A DNA stretch of 63,844 nt, the filler included, from Octopus bimaculoides (taxonomy: Eukaryota): NCBI RefSeq assembly GCF_001194135.2. It is 8 parts of 8 records of this genome, joined end to end, with 100 filler letters (N's around TTAATTAATTAA, not from the genome) between each part and the next. Parts side by side here need not be neighbours in the genome. Positions count along the whole stretch, not along the records: positions 50,074 to 56,872 come from NC_069006.1; positions 56,973 to 60,439 come from NC_068989.1; positions 60,540 to 62,487 come from NC_068999.1; positions 62,588 to 63,844 come from NC_068996.1; 4 more parts are not named here. One strand, given 5' to 3'. Under the pieces are notes generated by a model. The model was not told where the DNA came from and did no database searches. It was given only the letters and a program-made list of their open reading frames with translations. A program made the position numbers and the translations under genes. Positions 53,600 through 63,844 of the stretch are shown here, one piece after another; positions within the stretch are counted from its first letter, which is position 1; the number at the start of each line of letters is the position of its first letter.

Positions 53600-53995
53600 A
53601 CCATGATCCTGCCAAGGATTACACCACTCATCAAGAGACTGTTACAGGGGATATGTCTGTAATATGTCCATTTAGCAAGACCCTCAAGTGGGTTGGAGAA
53701 TCCAGTAGCCTATTTGCCTGACCTGCAAAACATTCCTCAGCCTTTCCTCTCTTTACTCTTTGGTCAACACCCTGATTCACAGCAATTTATACAGAAAATT
53801 CACGTTTATAACTCTGCCTTCCAGACGGCAAGTTTTGGTCACAAACCCATTCATGAAGACTTCGATATGCCAATGTTCAAAATTGAGGGCCGAACCTATC
53901 ATCAGATAGGCGCCATTCTTTCTGTCAACAATGCAGAACACCGATTCCTTCAAATTTACTTCACGAGAGATACCACTCAGCAAACAGCTCGCTGA
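53600..53995 (+). mobile_element. Helitron Rep/helicase N-terminal fragment
   Basis: DPAKDY...GDMSVICPFSKTLKWVGE then QFIQKIHVYNSAFQTASFG...MPMFKIEGRTYHQIGAIL...RFLQIYF, matching the conserved Helitron YNSAF..SFG..F.I.G..YH.IG..F.Q.YF block. Confidence 0.85.
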
Positions 53996-54585
53996 GTTCA
54001 GGTAGTATCTGGAACAAAGTGAAAAAAATACCACCAAAGCAACTTAAACCATCCAAAGGACTGGTGCATTTGCTAGTATTTATGTAAAACAATACATATG
54101 ATAGGATCAAACAGGGTGAACGAGTATTCAAAACTGTATTTGTTTTTTTATCTTTACTTGTTTTAGTCATTAGACTGTGGCCATGCTGGAGCACCACCTT
54201 GAATTATTTTAGCTGAATGAATCAACCCCATGACATACTTTTTTCTTTAAAGCCTAGCACTTATTCTATTAGTCTCCTTTGTCAAACCACTAAGTTACAG
54301 GAATGTAAGTACACCAACACTGGTTACCAAGCAGTGGTGGGGNNNNNNNNNNNNNNNNNNNNNNNNNNNNNNNNNNNNNNNNNNNNNNNNNNNNNNNNNN
54401 NNNNNNNNNNNNNNNNNNNNNNNNNNNNNNNNNNNNNNNNNNNNNNNNNNNNNNNNNNNNNNNNNNNNNNNNNNNNNNNNNNNNNNNNNNNNNNNNNNNN
54501 NNNNNNNNNNNNNNNNNNNNNNNNNNNNNNNNNNNNNNNNNNNNNNNNNNNNNNNNNNNNNNNNNNNNNNNNNNNNNNNNNNNNN

Positions 54586-54617
<32 letters not shown>

Positions 54618-54619
<2 letters not shown>

Positions 54620-54994
54620 TGGCTGTGTGGAAAGTAGCTTGCTTACCAACCACATGGTCCCGGGTTCAGTCCCACTGCGTGGCACCTACTATAGCCTCAG
54701 GCCAACCAAAGCCTTGTGAGTGGATTTGGAAGACAGAAACTGGAAGAAGCCCGTCACATATGTATATATATGTATGTATATATGTATGTGTGTCTGTTTG
54801 TCCCCCCAGCATTACTTGACAACCGATGCTTGTGTGCTTACGTCACCGTAACTTAGCGGTTCAGCCTAAGAGACCGATAGAATAAGTACTAGGCTTACAA
54901 AGTATAAGCTCTGGGGTTGATTTGCTCGACTATAAAAGCGGTGCTCCAGCATGGCCGCAGTCAAATGACTGAAACAAGTAAAAGAGAGTAAGAG
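54618..54994 (+). mobile_element. SINE family 1, near full-length
   Basis: Matches 11810-12228. Inverted partial copies flank it at 54151-54342 and 55017-55174. Confidence 0.9.
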
Positions 54995-56357
54995 CATATA
55001 TATATATATATATATGACAAGCTTCTCTCAGTTTTCATCTACCAAGTCTGCAAGGCTTTGGTTGGCCCAGGGTTACAGGAAAAGAAACTTGCTTGAGATG
55101 CCATGCTGTGGTACGGAACCCAGAGCCACGTGGTCAGGAGGCAAGCTTCTTGCCACACAGTCACACCTGTGCCTATATAAATGAATCTCCTTTATCGACC
55201 TTCCCTTAAATCCTTTCAGGGTCCATTACAAGAAGGTACCAGTTAAATACTAAGGTCAAAGTAACCAACTAGACTCTTTCCCCTTATGTCGAACCATCAT
55301 GTGTATGTATCTGTGTCTCTGTCTGTGTGTCTTTTTTCTCACTGCTCCCGTCAATGCTTGGTAGCCAGTGTTGGTTTGTTTGCATCTAAGTAATTTAAGA
55401 GTTGAGCATATGAGAACTGGAGGAATAAGTACGATGTTTGAAAAAGAAAATAAATAAGTATTGTGGGACAATTTGTTCGACTAGAATCCTTTAAGGTGGT
55501 GCTCCAGCATGGTCTGAATTCAACGAATGAAATGTGTAGGAAAGTAAAAACGAAATATAGAACGTGTATGTGAGAATGAGAATGGGAGAGAGAGAGAGAG
55601 AGAGGAAGGGAGGGAGAGAGAGACAGAGACAAAGGGAGAGAAAGGGAAAAGAGAAAGAGAGGGGACAGAGGAGAGAGAGGGAGAGAGAGACAGGCAGACA
55701 GAGGAGAGAGAAAAACAGAGAGGGAGAGAAACAGAAAGAGAGAGACAGAAGAGGGAAGAAAGGAGTAAAAGAATGTCGAGAAGGGTGGAAGTTGTGGGGG
55801 AGGAGTTAAAAAGATATAAAAATATAGATAGGAGACACAATCAGTGAGTGACAGGTGTAAATAGACACACACACACACAGAGTTGTAGTTCATGCGCAGG
55901 TAAGCAAGCGTGTGTGTGTGTGTGTGTTTGTTTGTATTTGTAGTCCATTTATTATACGTAAATACACGTCTTAATTTACATGGACGAGTCTGCTGTGAAT
56001 CAGAGCAGTGTTTGCAGTAAACAACAAAACTGGGTTATGTAACCGATAACAAAAACAACAACAACAACCATGAATCACTATGATGGTGATAATAATGATG
56101 ATGGCTTCTTTTTTTTAGGCCACAAGGGCTCAAGAGATTGAGGACAATATCGAGAGACGAAATACAATACACACAAAAAGGTGGAGTTTACATCAATTGA
56201 AAGCAGCCACAACAGCGAGGATATAAGAGCACAACGCCTGAAATTTGACCTCAGCGGAATTTGAACTCAGATCGTAAAGATGGATGAAACACTGCTAAGC
56301 ATTTTGCCTGGCGTGCTAACGATTCTGCCACTTCACTACCTTTTCATAAAGTAACAA

Positions 56358-56756
56358 TTCTTTTATTCTTTTATTTGTTTCAGTCATTTGACTGTGGCCA
56401 TGCTGGAGCACTGCCTTTAGTTGAACGAATCGACCTCAGGACTTATTCATTGTAAGCCTGGTACTTATTCTATTGGTATCTTTTGCCTAACCGCCAAGTT
56501 ACAGGGACGTAAACACACCAACATCGGCTGTCAAGCGATGGTAGGGGGACAAACACAGACACACAAACGTATAGACACACACACACACATATACGACGGG
56601 CTTCTATCAGTTTCCGTCTACCAAATCCATTCACAAGGCTTTGGTCGGGCCGATGCTATAGCAGAACACACTTGCCCAAGGTGCCACGCAGTGGGACTGG
56701 ACCCAGAACCATGTGGTTATTAAGTAAGTTGCTTACCACACAGCCACTCCTGTGCC
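56358..56756 (-). mobile_element. SINE family 1, full-length, CpG-retaining, adjacent to (TAA)n
   Basis: Reverse complement of 11810-12228. Confidence 0.9.
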
Positions 56757-56801
<45 letters not shown>

Positions 56802-56872
56802 TAATCCTTTCTACTAAAGGCACAAGGCCTGAGATTTGTAGGGAGAGGACTACTTGATTACATTGACTCCAG

Positions 56873-56972
56873 NNNNNNNNNNNNNNNNNNNNNNNNNNNN
56901 NNNNNNNNNNNNNNNNTTAATTAATTAANNNNNNNNNNNNNNNNNNNNNNNNNNNNNNNNNNNNNNNNNNNN
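56873..56972. other. Artificial 100-bp scaffold spacer
   Basis: 44N-TTAATTAATTAA-44N. Confidence 0.95.
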
Positions 56973-57007
<35 letters not shown>

Positions 57008-57479
57008 TAAGCTTCTCACAGATTCCTTTTACCAAATTCCATTTACAGGGTATTGATTAACCCAAGGCTACTGCAGAAGATACCTGTCCAAGGTGCTCCG
57101 GTGTGTGATCAAACTGAAGAACTACAAGGTCATGCAGTGAACGTCACCACACACACATCGCCTGTGCCTTTGTAAACTCAACTGATTTGGAACCACGACT
57201 GCTAATTAAGGCTTACATGTCAACTAAACTACTTATTATTTAGTAAGTAGGTAGTTCCGTTGGAAATTTCGCAAACACGAAGAATGTTTTAACAGACCAA
57301 TTTAAGAATAGGCTAATACATTAAAAGATAAGAATGCACTAATAGACCAATTCTTGAGAATGCACTGATAGACCAATTTCTTTAGAATGTACTAACATAT
57401 CAACGCAGCATAAACATTTGAGAATGAACTTTATCTTCGTGAATCAAGATGGTGTTTTACAATTTCGCTTACAAGTTGA

Positions 57480-57692
57480 AGGCAGCGAGCTAGCAGAATC
57501 GTTAGCGCGCAGGGCGAAATGCTTAGTGATATTTCGCCCGTCGCTACACTCTGAGTTCAAATTCCACCGAGGTCAACTTTGCCTTTCATCCTTTCGGAGT
57601 CGATAAATTAAGTACCAGTTGAACAATGGGGTCGATTACATCGACACAGCCCCTCTCCCAAAATGGCTGCCCTTGTGGCAAAATTTGAAACC
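57480..57692 (+). mobile_element. CORE-SINE-like family 3, near full-length
   Basis: gctagcagaatcgttagc...ctctgagttcaaattccaccgaggtcaactttgcctttcatcctttcggagtcgataaattaagtaccag; copies at 60570-60765, 56230-56335 (-) and 63300-63440. Confidence 0.8.
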
Positions 57693-58260
57693 ACTATTTA
57701 GCTTACAAGTAATATATTTCTTCGAATAATCACAGCAACCTGGGTTAACGGAGCTCAGTCAACCACCAAAAAACAAGTTCTTTAGCTCTGAATGCATCTT
57801 CAATTATCCCATCATGCTGCTAAGAATTTGGATTGTGTGTGTATGCGTGTGTGTGTGTGTGTGTGTGTGTAGACGATCGAGCAAACTCCTAAAAATTAGT
57901 GTTAGTCTGTGTCGGCGAGATTTGTACTATGTAGTAAATTCGAAGGGAGCGAAATTGCCGCAGGCATCTGCGCGCCATGGATCCAAATTCTCAAGGAAAC
58001 GGAGAAAGGAACGCTTCATATTCGAACTTAGTATCATTTAAACCCTGATAGGTTTAAATGAAGGGGTTTTCGCCTTCTACTTCTACAACTCCTCTTAGTT
58101 CATTATACCCTTATCTTTCTATTCCCCTCACACCTCATCTTTTCCCTTCACCTCACTCTCACCGTTGGCCGCTACTGCTGCTGCTGCTCCTATTCCTCCT
58201 CCTCCTCCTCATGCTATTCCTCTTTCCTTCTATCTCTCCTATTCTGTGTGTGTGTACATA

Positions 58261-58298
<38 letters not shown>

Positions 58299-58299
<1 letters not shown>

Positions 58300-58700
58300 A
58301 GGGGTTGAACAAAATAACGGAAGCACCTTAAAATTTCAAACAAATTTCTTTTAATATGGGGTAGGACCGCCTTTGGCAGTAATTACAGCTTGAATTCTAC
58401 AAGGTATGGACTCGTACAAAGTTTGAATTGTTTCCAAAGGCATTTTTGTCCATTCTTCAGCAAAAACAGTCTCCAGTTCTTGTAGTGATGATGGTGGAGG
58501 ATATCGACTCCTTACTTGTTTTTCTAAAATGCACCATAAATGTTCAAATAATATTGTGATCTGGAAACTGTAGTGGCCAGATAAAATGTTCAACTTCACT
58601 AGAACGTTCCTCGTGCTATTCAGTAACAACTTTAGCTATGTGAATTGGTGCATTATCATCCTGAAAGATTACGTTTCCCTCTGGATAGTAAATGGGCAGG
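58299..58700 (-). mobile_element. Tc1-like (DD34E) transposon, 3' end with terminal repeat
   Basis: FQDDNAPIH..., EHLWCILEKQVRSRYPPPSSLQELETVFAEEW...RIQAVITAKGGPTPY*; terminus TA|CAGGGGTTGAACAAAATAA. Confidence 0.9.
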
Positions 58701-59619
58701 TTTGCTATCTTATTATAATGGGCGTTATTTTCGTCTGTCTGTTCCCTCTTCACTGCCAGGCAGCTGGACCAATGATTACGATATTTTGGGGGATTACAAA
58801 GACGGTCGTTAGGAAGGGTTTTAACTTTAAAAAGTCCGAAAGTATGACTATTTCGTGGATATTGATTTTTGAATTCATAAACTACCTACGCATTTTTATT
58901 ACAAATTCGCCGACCACGAGTAACTCTGGATTTTCGTCGTATAGTTCGTGGTCCCATCGTAGATACGAAGAGGGTCGCGAGGGCGGTTGACAGCGAAAAT
59001 AAAATGGCCAGACTTCTAGATCGTGTAGGTGTATTTTTACCCCTCCAATGTTTACACACGGCTAGTTATACGTTGCTAAGAGTAGAGCAACGTACTCCAT
59101 TAATTTGAAAATTGGTGTCAACCAAACAAAAAACATCGTCTACAAAGAAGTTTTGTAATCATATTGATATTATCGAAAAGAAGATGATTCATTATTTAAA
59201 TAAGGAAATTTCTGAACTTTGAATGTCTATGAGTATAAACAAGCATAAAGTAGAATAAACAACTAAAATAAAAGTTTATCTAAATAACATTTTTTTCTTA
59301 ATACTTTTTATGTAGTGGTGAAAGGAAGATCTGGCTTTCGGTAGGAATGGTCCACATAACCATTCATGATACAGAGGCGGGGAGCTTATTTCCGTTCAGG
59401 AGTGAATCGTCATTACATGTCACTTAGTCGCAAACATATGTCATATAGCTGCAATAGAATGCTGTATAATAATGTACAATAATGTGATTTCTCTAAGACA
59501 TCACCTAATAATCTATCAAGTCCATTTACACATTTCTTCATAATGCCTCCGTCGTAGATGGGTAGATTTGCTAGCAAGAATAATTCAAACTAAAAAAAAG
59601 TGAATTGTAAGGAAAAAAT

Positions 59620-60439
59620 ATTTTTAAAAAAGGTGGGTGGAAGTTGATATTGGAAGGAAGGGTTCGTGTTCAGTCCAAACGGTGTTTACTTGCGTTTGAA
59701 GAGAGAATACATAGCGCTGTTCAAGGTGAAGTCTGGTGTTGGTGGATCCATAGTGTAAGGCCAGACCGAAGACAGTGATGTGTGAGGTGGAATGGCTGGC
59801 AGAGCAAAAATGACGGGCGACGCGGGTATTTTTTCGCAGGCGGATATCCCGTAGGTATTCGGTAAACTGGTCAGCTGACCAACATATGGACAATCATAAA
59901 GGCAGCATTGAATGCAATAGACAAAATTAGACGAGATGCAACAAAAGGAGTTCCAAATGTGGAAGGTGTGTTGGTTAGTTTCAGTGATGGAAGTGATATT
60001 GGTAATAAACGAACAGGTGTGGCAACGGGGTCTTGAGCAAGGAAAGGGTCCAGTAATTGAGGGAGCTGCAAACTAGTAAGTTGCGTAGGATACGGGTGCG
60101 TTTGAAAGAGGTGGGTTAGGGAAAACAGGGGAGACGATGGAAGGCCCGTAGGATCTTCTGACGAAAGGGTAGGTTGGAGGGGGTGGAAGAGGAGAAAGGG
60201 GTACCGTAAGGAGACGAGTGTGGGGAAGGAGAGAGGGCTGTAGTATTATCAACTTGGCGAGCACGAGTAAGGGCGGCTTGGACAAGGGTGGAGGGGTATC
60301 CACAAGGAGTGAACAGGAGGGCCAGGTATTGATAGTGAGTTTCAAAATACCGGTCGCGGCTGCACAGACGTCGCAGATGGAGGAATCGGGAGTAGAAGAT
60401 GGCCCGTTTGGTGTGAGAGGGTGGCAGGAGGAAAAGTTG
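59620..60439 (-). mobile_element. Second, GC-richer Penelope-like element fragment
   Basis: FSSCHPSHTKRAIFYSRFLHLRRLCS...; C-terminal FTEYLRDIRLRKNTRVARHF..SH...RLHLEQRYVFSLQT. Confidence 0.8.
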
Positions 60440-60539
60440 NNNNNNNNNNNNNNNNNNNNNNNNNNNNNNNNNNNNNNNNNNNNTTAATTAATTAANNNNN
60501 NNNNNNNNNNNNNNNNNNNNNNNNNNNNNNNNNNNNNNN
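60440..60539. other. Artificial 100-bp scaffold spacer
   Basis: 44N-TTAATTAATTAA-44N. Confidence 0.95.
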
Positions 60540-60770
60540 TTTAGCCCCATGTCGGCAATAAAGGAATAAGAAACGTTAGCACACCCGGCGAAATGTTTAG
60601 CAGTATTTCTGATTGCGCATTCTCTGTTCAAATTTCGCCGAGGTCGATTTTGCCTTCCATCCTTTTGGGGTCGATACAATAAGTACAAATTGAAGTCTAG
60701 GGTCGATCAAATCGACGTGTTCCTTCTCCGCAAATTGCAAGCATTATACCAAAATCTGAAATCATTATTA

Positions 60771-61166
60771 CGTGATAGAGTTTCTATAGCTGTTGCTAAT
60801 TATCGTGGGAGACATTCAACATCCAAGTACCAATCTCAAAATCCTAGCTGTCCCCAACAGAGCAATTTTGGGGACTTACACTGCTCTCATGCCAATTCCG
60901 ATTTCTTTGACATATTTCTCGAACTTGGTCGTTAGTGTTCCGAGCGCCTCTACAACTACGAGAATGACAGACACTCTTCTCATAGTCCACATTCTTGCAA
61001 TTCCGTCTTTTAGTAGTCTGTATTTACCAATTTTTTTCTACTTCTTTGTCACTTATGCGTGCATCTCCAGGTAATGTAATATCTATGATCTTAATTTCTT
61101 TTGTCCCTTTATCTACCACGACAATACCTGGTCTCCAAGCCTCGATTAGGAAGTTACATTGAATTT
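60771..61166 (-). mobile_element. Dong/R4-type non-LTR retrotransposon, 5'-truncated (REL endonuclease + 3' UTR)
   Basis: IEAWRPGIVVVDKGTKEIKIIDITLPGDARISDKEVEK, then after a frameshift KY.LLKDGIARMW..V.VI.VVV.ALG...ALLGTARILRLVL (PD..D/ExK restriction-like endonuclease). Confidence 0.88.
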
Positions 61167-61179
61167 TATTATTATTATA

Positions 61180-61236
<57 letters not shown>

Positions 61237-61308
61237 CATTATATTATTATCATTAAATCATCATCATCACAGTAGTAGTAGTAGTAGTAGTAGNNNNNNN
61301 NNNGTGGC

Positions 61309-61368
<60 letters not shown>

Positions 61369-61435
61369 TGCTGTTGTAGTAGCAGTTGTAGTAGTAGTAG
61401 TAGTGGCAGCAGCAGCAGCAGTAGTAGTAGTACTT
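61167..61435. repeat. Compound (ATT)n/(CAT)n/(GTA)n/(GCA)n microsatellite
   Basis: Directly visible. Confidence 0.95.
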
Positions 61436-61545
61436 TTGCAGCCATGGTTGGAAACTGGATGAGATCCAGAAAACGAGGTCACTCTGTGAACGCGATTCAC
61501 GAGATTAGGATGAATTGGTCAGTTGTTCAAACGGTTACATGCGGC

Positions 61546-61565
61546 TGCCAGCAGGTGGCAGCACT
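61546..61565 (+). promoter_or_regulatory. CTCF-like motif
   Basis: TGCCAGCAGGTGGCAGCACT closely fits the CCASYAGRKGGCRS core. Confidence 0.35.
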
Positions 61566-62191
61566 ACATGTGGGTGGTAAGATGAACTTATCAGAGTACA
61601 CACACACGCACACACTCACACACATACATACACACACACACACAGACACACAGTCACACGCAACTAAATGACCCTCACAAAACGTGAACAGTAGCTGGGA
61701 GCAATGACGTAAACGATTCTATGGCATTGTTTAGTATTCGGGCTTTTGTAAACACCAGTTCCAAAAGAACCCCTTTCTGAGAAACAAATATGACCCCATT
61801 AACACACTCATTATGCCTGCCTCTTCCTCCTCTACCACTCCTGAATAATTCCAAAGATTCTTTCATTTGCCTTGTAAATCAATGTAAGTAGGACATATGA
61901 GTGTGTGTGTGTGTGTGTGTGTGGCATCTATTTATCTATCCATCTATCTAACTATCTATCTATCTGTCCATATGTATGTGTACACACATACGCACGCATG
62001 AGTGTATGTATACACACACGCATAAATGTATAAAATGGAACGAAAACGCAATAGAGGATAGTAAAACATCCGGACAGACACGCGTATATACATATCAAGA
62101 TATTTTTTTGCTATAAGATATATATATATATGTACACATCTGTTTGTGTTTAGAGAAAGACACCTTTTCATTTACAATATATATGTATACA

Positions 62192-62239
<48 letters not shown>

Positions 62240-62487
62240 CGCAAAAAGAAACTAGTTTCATTTTTAACGTCTAAAATTATTACACCTTTCGATTCATTGA
62301 CGATGATACAATAATAAGTGAATCATGCGAAGTTTAATAGTTATTTTCTCCGATTATGGAGTAAGGCCTGCAGTTTTGAAGAGAGGGTTATATCCATTAT
62401 CTGAATTCCAGGACTTTACGGGTACGTTATTTAATGGATTCGGATTGGTAGAATGTGGAATTGATCTCAGTTACGAACTTGAAGAGC

Positions 62488-62587
62488 NNNNNNNNNNNNN
62501 NNNNNNNNNNNNNNNNNNNNNNNNNNNNNNNTTAATTAATTAANNNNNNNNNNNNNNNNNNNNNNNNNNNNNNNNNNNNNNNNNNNN
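62488..62587. other. Artificial 100-bp scaffold spacer
   Basis: 44N-TTAATTAATTAA-44N. Confidence 0.95.
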
Positions 62588-63557
62588 TAAAACCCTAACC
62601 CTAATTTAGAAATGTCGACTTTTGCCAATTTTTTTTTGCAGATTCAGATTCCCTGTAGCCGAAAAGGAGGTGGGGGTTGTGTCGAAAAAAATTTTTTTTT
62701 AAAGGGTGGTTTTTGTGGAGCAGAGAAGGGCGGAAGTCTTGCCTTCCCTTTGCATCTAGGATACCGTTAGTTCTTTGTATGCTCCTTCTGGGTTTCTGCA
62801 GAAATCCTACTTCAAAGATTCGGCGGAGTTTCTTCGGTCAGGTCTTGCTTACTTTTAGACTAAAAGCAAGCAGGCTAGGCTTGCTTTTAGTCAACGAACT
62901 AATAAATAACTACCCAAACCAAACATCAACTGAATTGATTTCCCAATCTAAAAGGTGGGGAGGCATCAAATGTCTTGAGCTTCTCTTTCGACTAAGCGGT
63001 GGAGTGAACTTTTCACCAGATATTTGAAATGCAGTGTTTTATAAAAAGATGGGTATAAATCTGTAAACTACTTTCACAAATAAACACTAAACTCACCGCA
63101 ATAATCTTAAACACGAACTTCTTGGGTAGTGTATGGTTGGTTATCTTCTTGCTCTTTTCTTTGTAGTTCTTTCCTGTCAGTATTTAAATTATTTTCCTCC
63201 CTGTTTATATTTAAATATAAATTGTCAGTTGTTTCTTTTTTTTTTTTACTTTTAATATTATTTTCAGGCAGATACATAATTGTCAAGAAGCCTCGTTATC
63301 AAGTTACTACCCTTTATACTTTGAGTTCAAATCCCGCCTGGTTTTCCTTTTATTCGACCGTGATCGATAAAATAAAGTATCAGTGAAATATCAAGTTATT
63401 TAATCATCTATAATCTCCCTCAAGATCTATGGTCGATGCTAAGAAGCAGTTTATTTTATTTTACTCGAACTTAAGCTTATTCATGCAACAACTTTTAGAC
63501 TTGTAATGTTGCTTGTAAATATGCATCATTCATTACTTTGGTGCTACTGCTGTTGTT

Positions 63558-63844
63558 GTTGTTGGCACTCCGTTGCTTACGACGTCGAGGGTTCCAGTTG
63601 ATCCGATCAACGGAACAGCCTGCTCGTGAAATTAACGTGCAAGTGGCTGAGCACTCCACAGACACGTGTACTCTTAACGTAGTTCTCGGGGAGATTCAGC
63701 GTGACACAGAGTGAGACAAGGCTGACCCTTTGAAATACAGATACAACAGAAATAGGAAGAAAGTTGTGGTGAAAGAGTACAGCAGGGTTCGCCACCATCC
63801 CCTGCTGGAGCCTCGTGAAACTTTTAGGTGTTTTCGCTCAATAA
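63558..63844. mobile_element. Dispersed SINE-like repeat family 4 (longer copy, runs to window end)
   Basis: Matches 13800-13982. Confidence 0.85.

Noticed and set aside
62677-63027. 116-aa ORF
   Set aside because: GTG start, no recognisable domain or splice context; overlaps a probable repeat end.

Overview
AT-rich, microsatellite-dense eukaryotic genomic DNA. The repeat families resemble those of Octopus; this assignment is an inference and no database search was run. The window is not one locus. Seven identical 100-bp artificial spacers (44 N + TTAATTAATTAA + 44 N) join eight separate scaffolds: A 1-15290, B 15391-21009, C 21110-28702, D 28803-49973, E 50074-56872, F 56973-60439, G 60540-62487, H 62588-63844. 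No complete host gene, rRNA, tRNA or CRISPR array is supportable, and most supplied ORFs are translations of microsatellites or N gaps. The identifiable content is decayed mobile DNA: an L1/Tx1-type LINE joined to an inverted ORF1 fragment, RTE fragments, two Penelope-like elements, a Dong/R4-type REL fragment, maT, mariner and Tc1 transposase remnants, a Helitron fragment, a MITE and many SINEs. The strongest finding is a complete type I hammerhead ribozyme motif on the minus strand at 13049-13177. It has the minimal palindromic helix III of Penelope-associated hammerheads but an unusually long, structured helix II. Other leads are CpG-decay differences between scaffolds, several short candidate exons (mainly in D), a long hairpin with A:C mismatches and a CTCF-like site.
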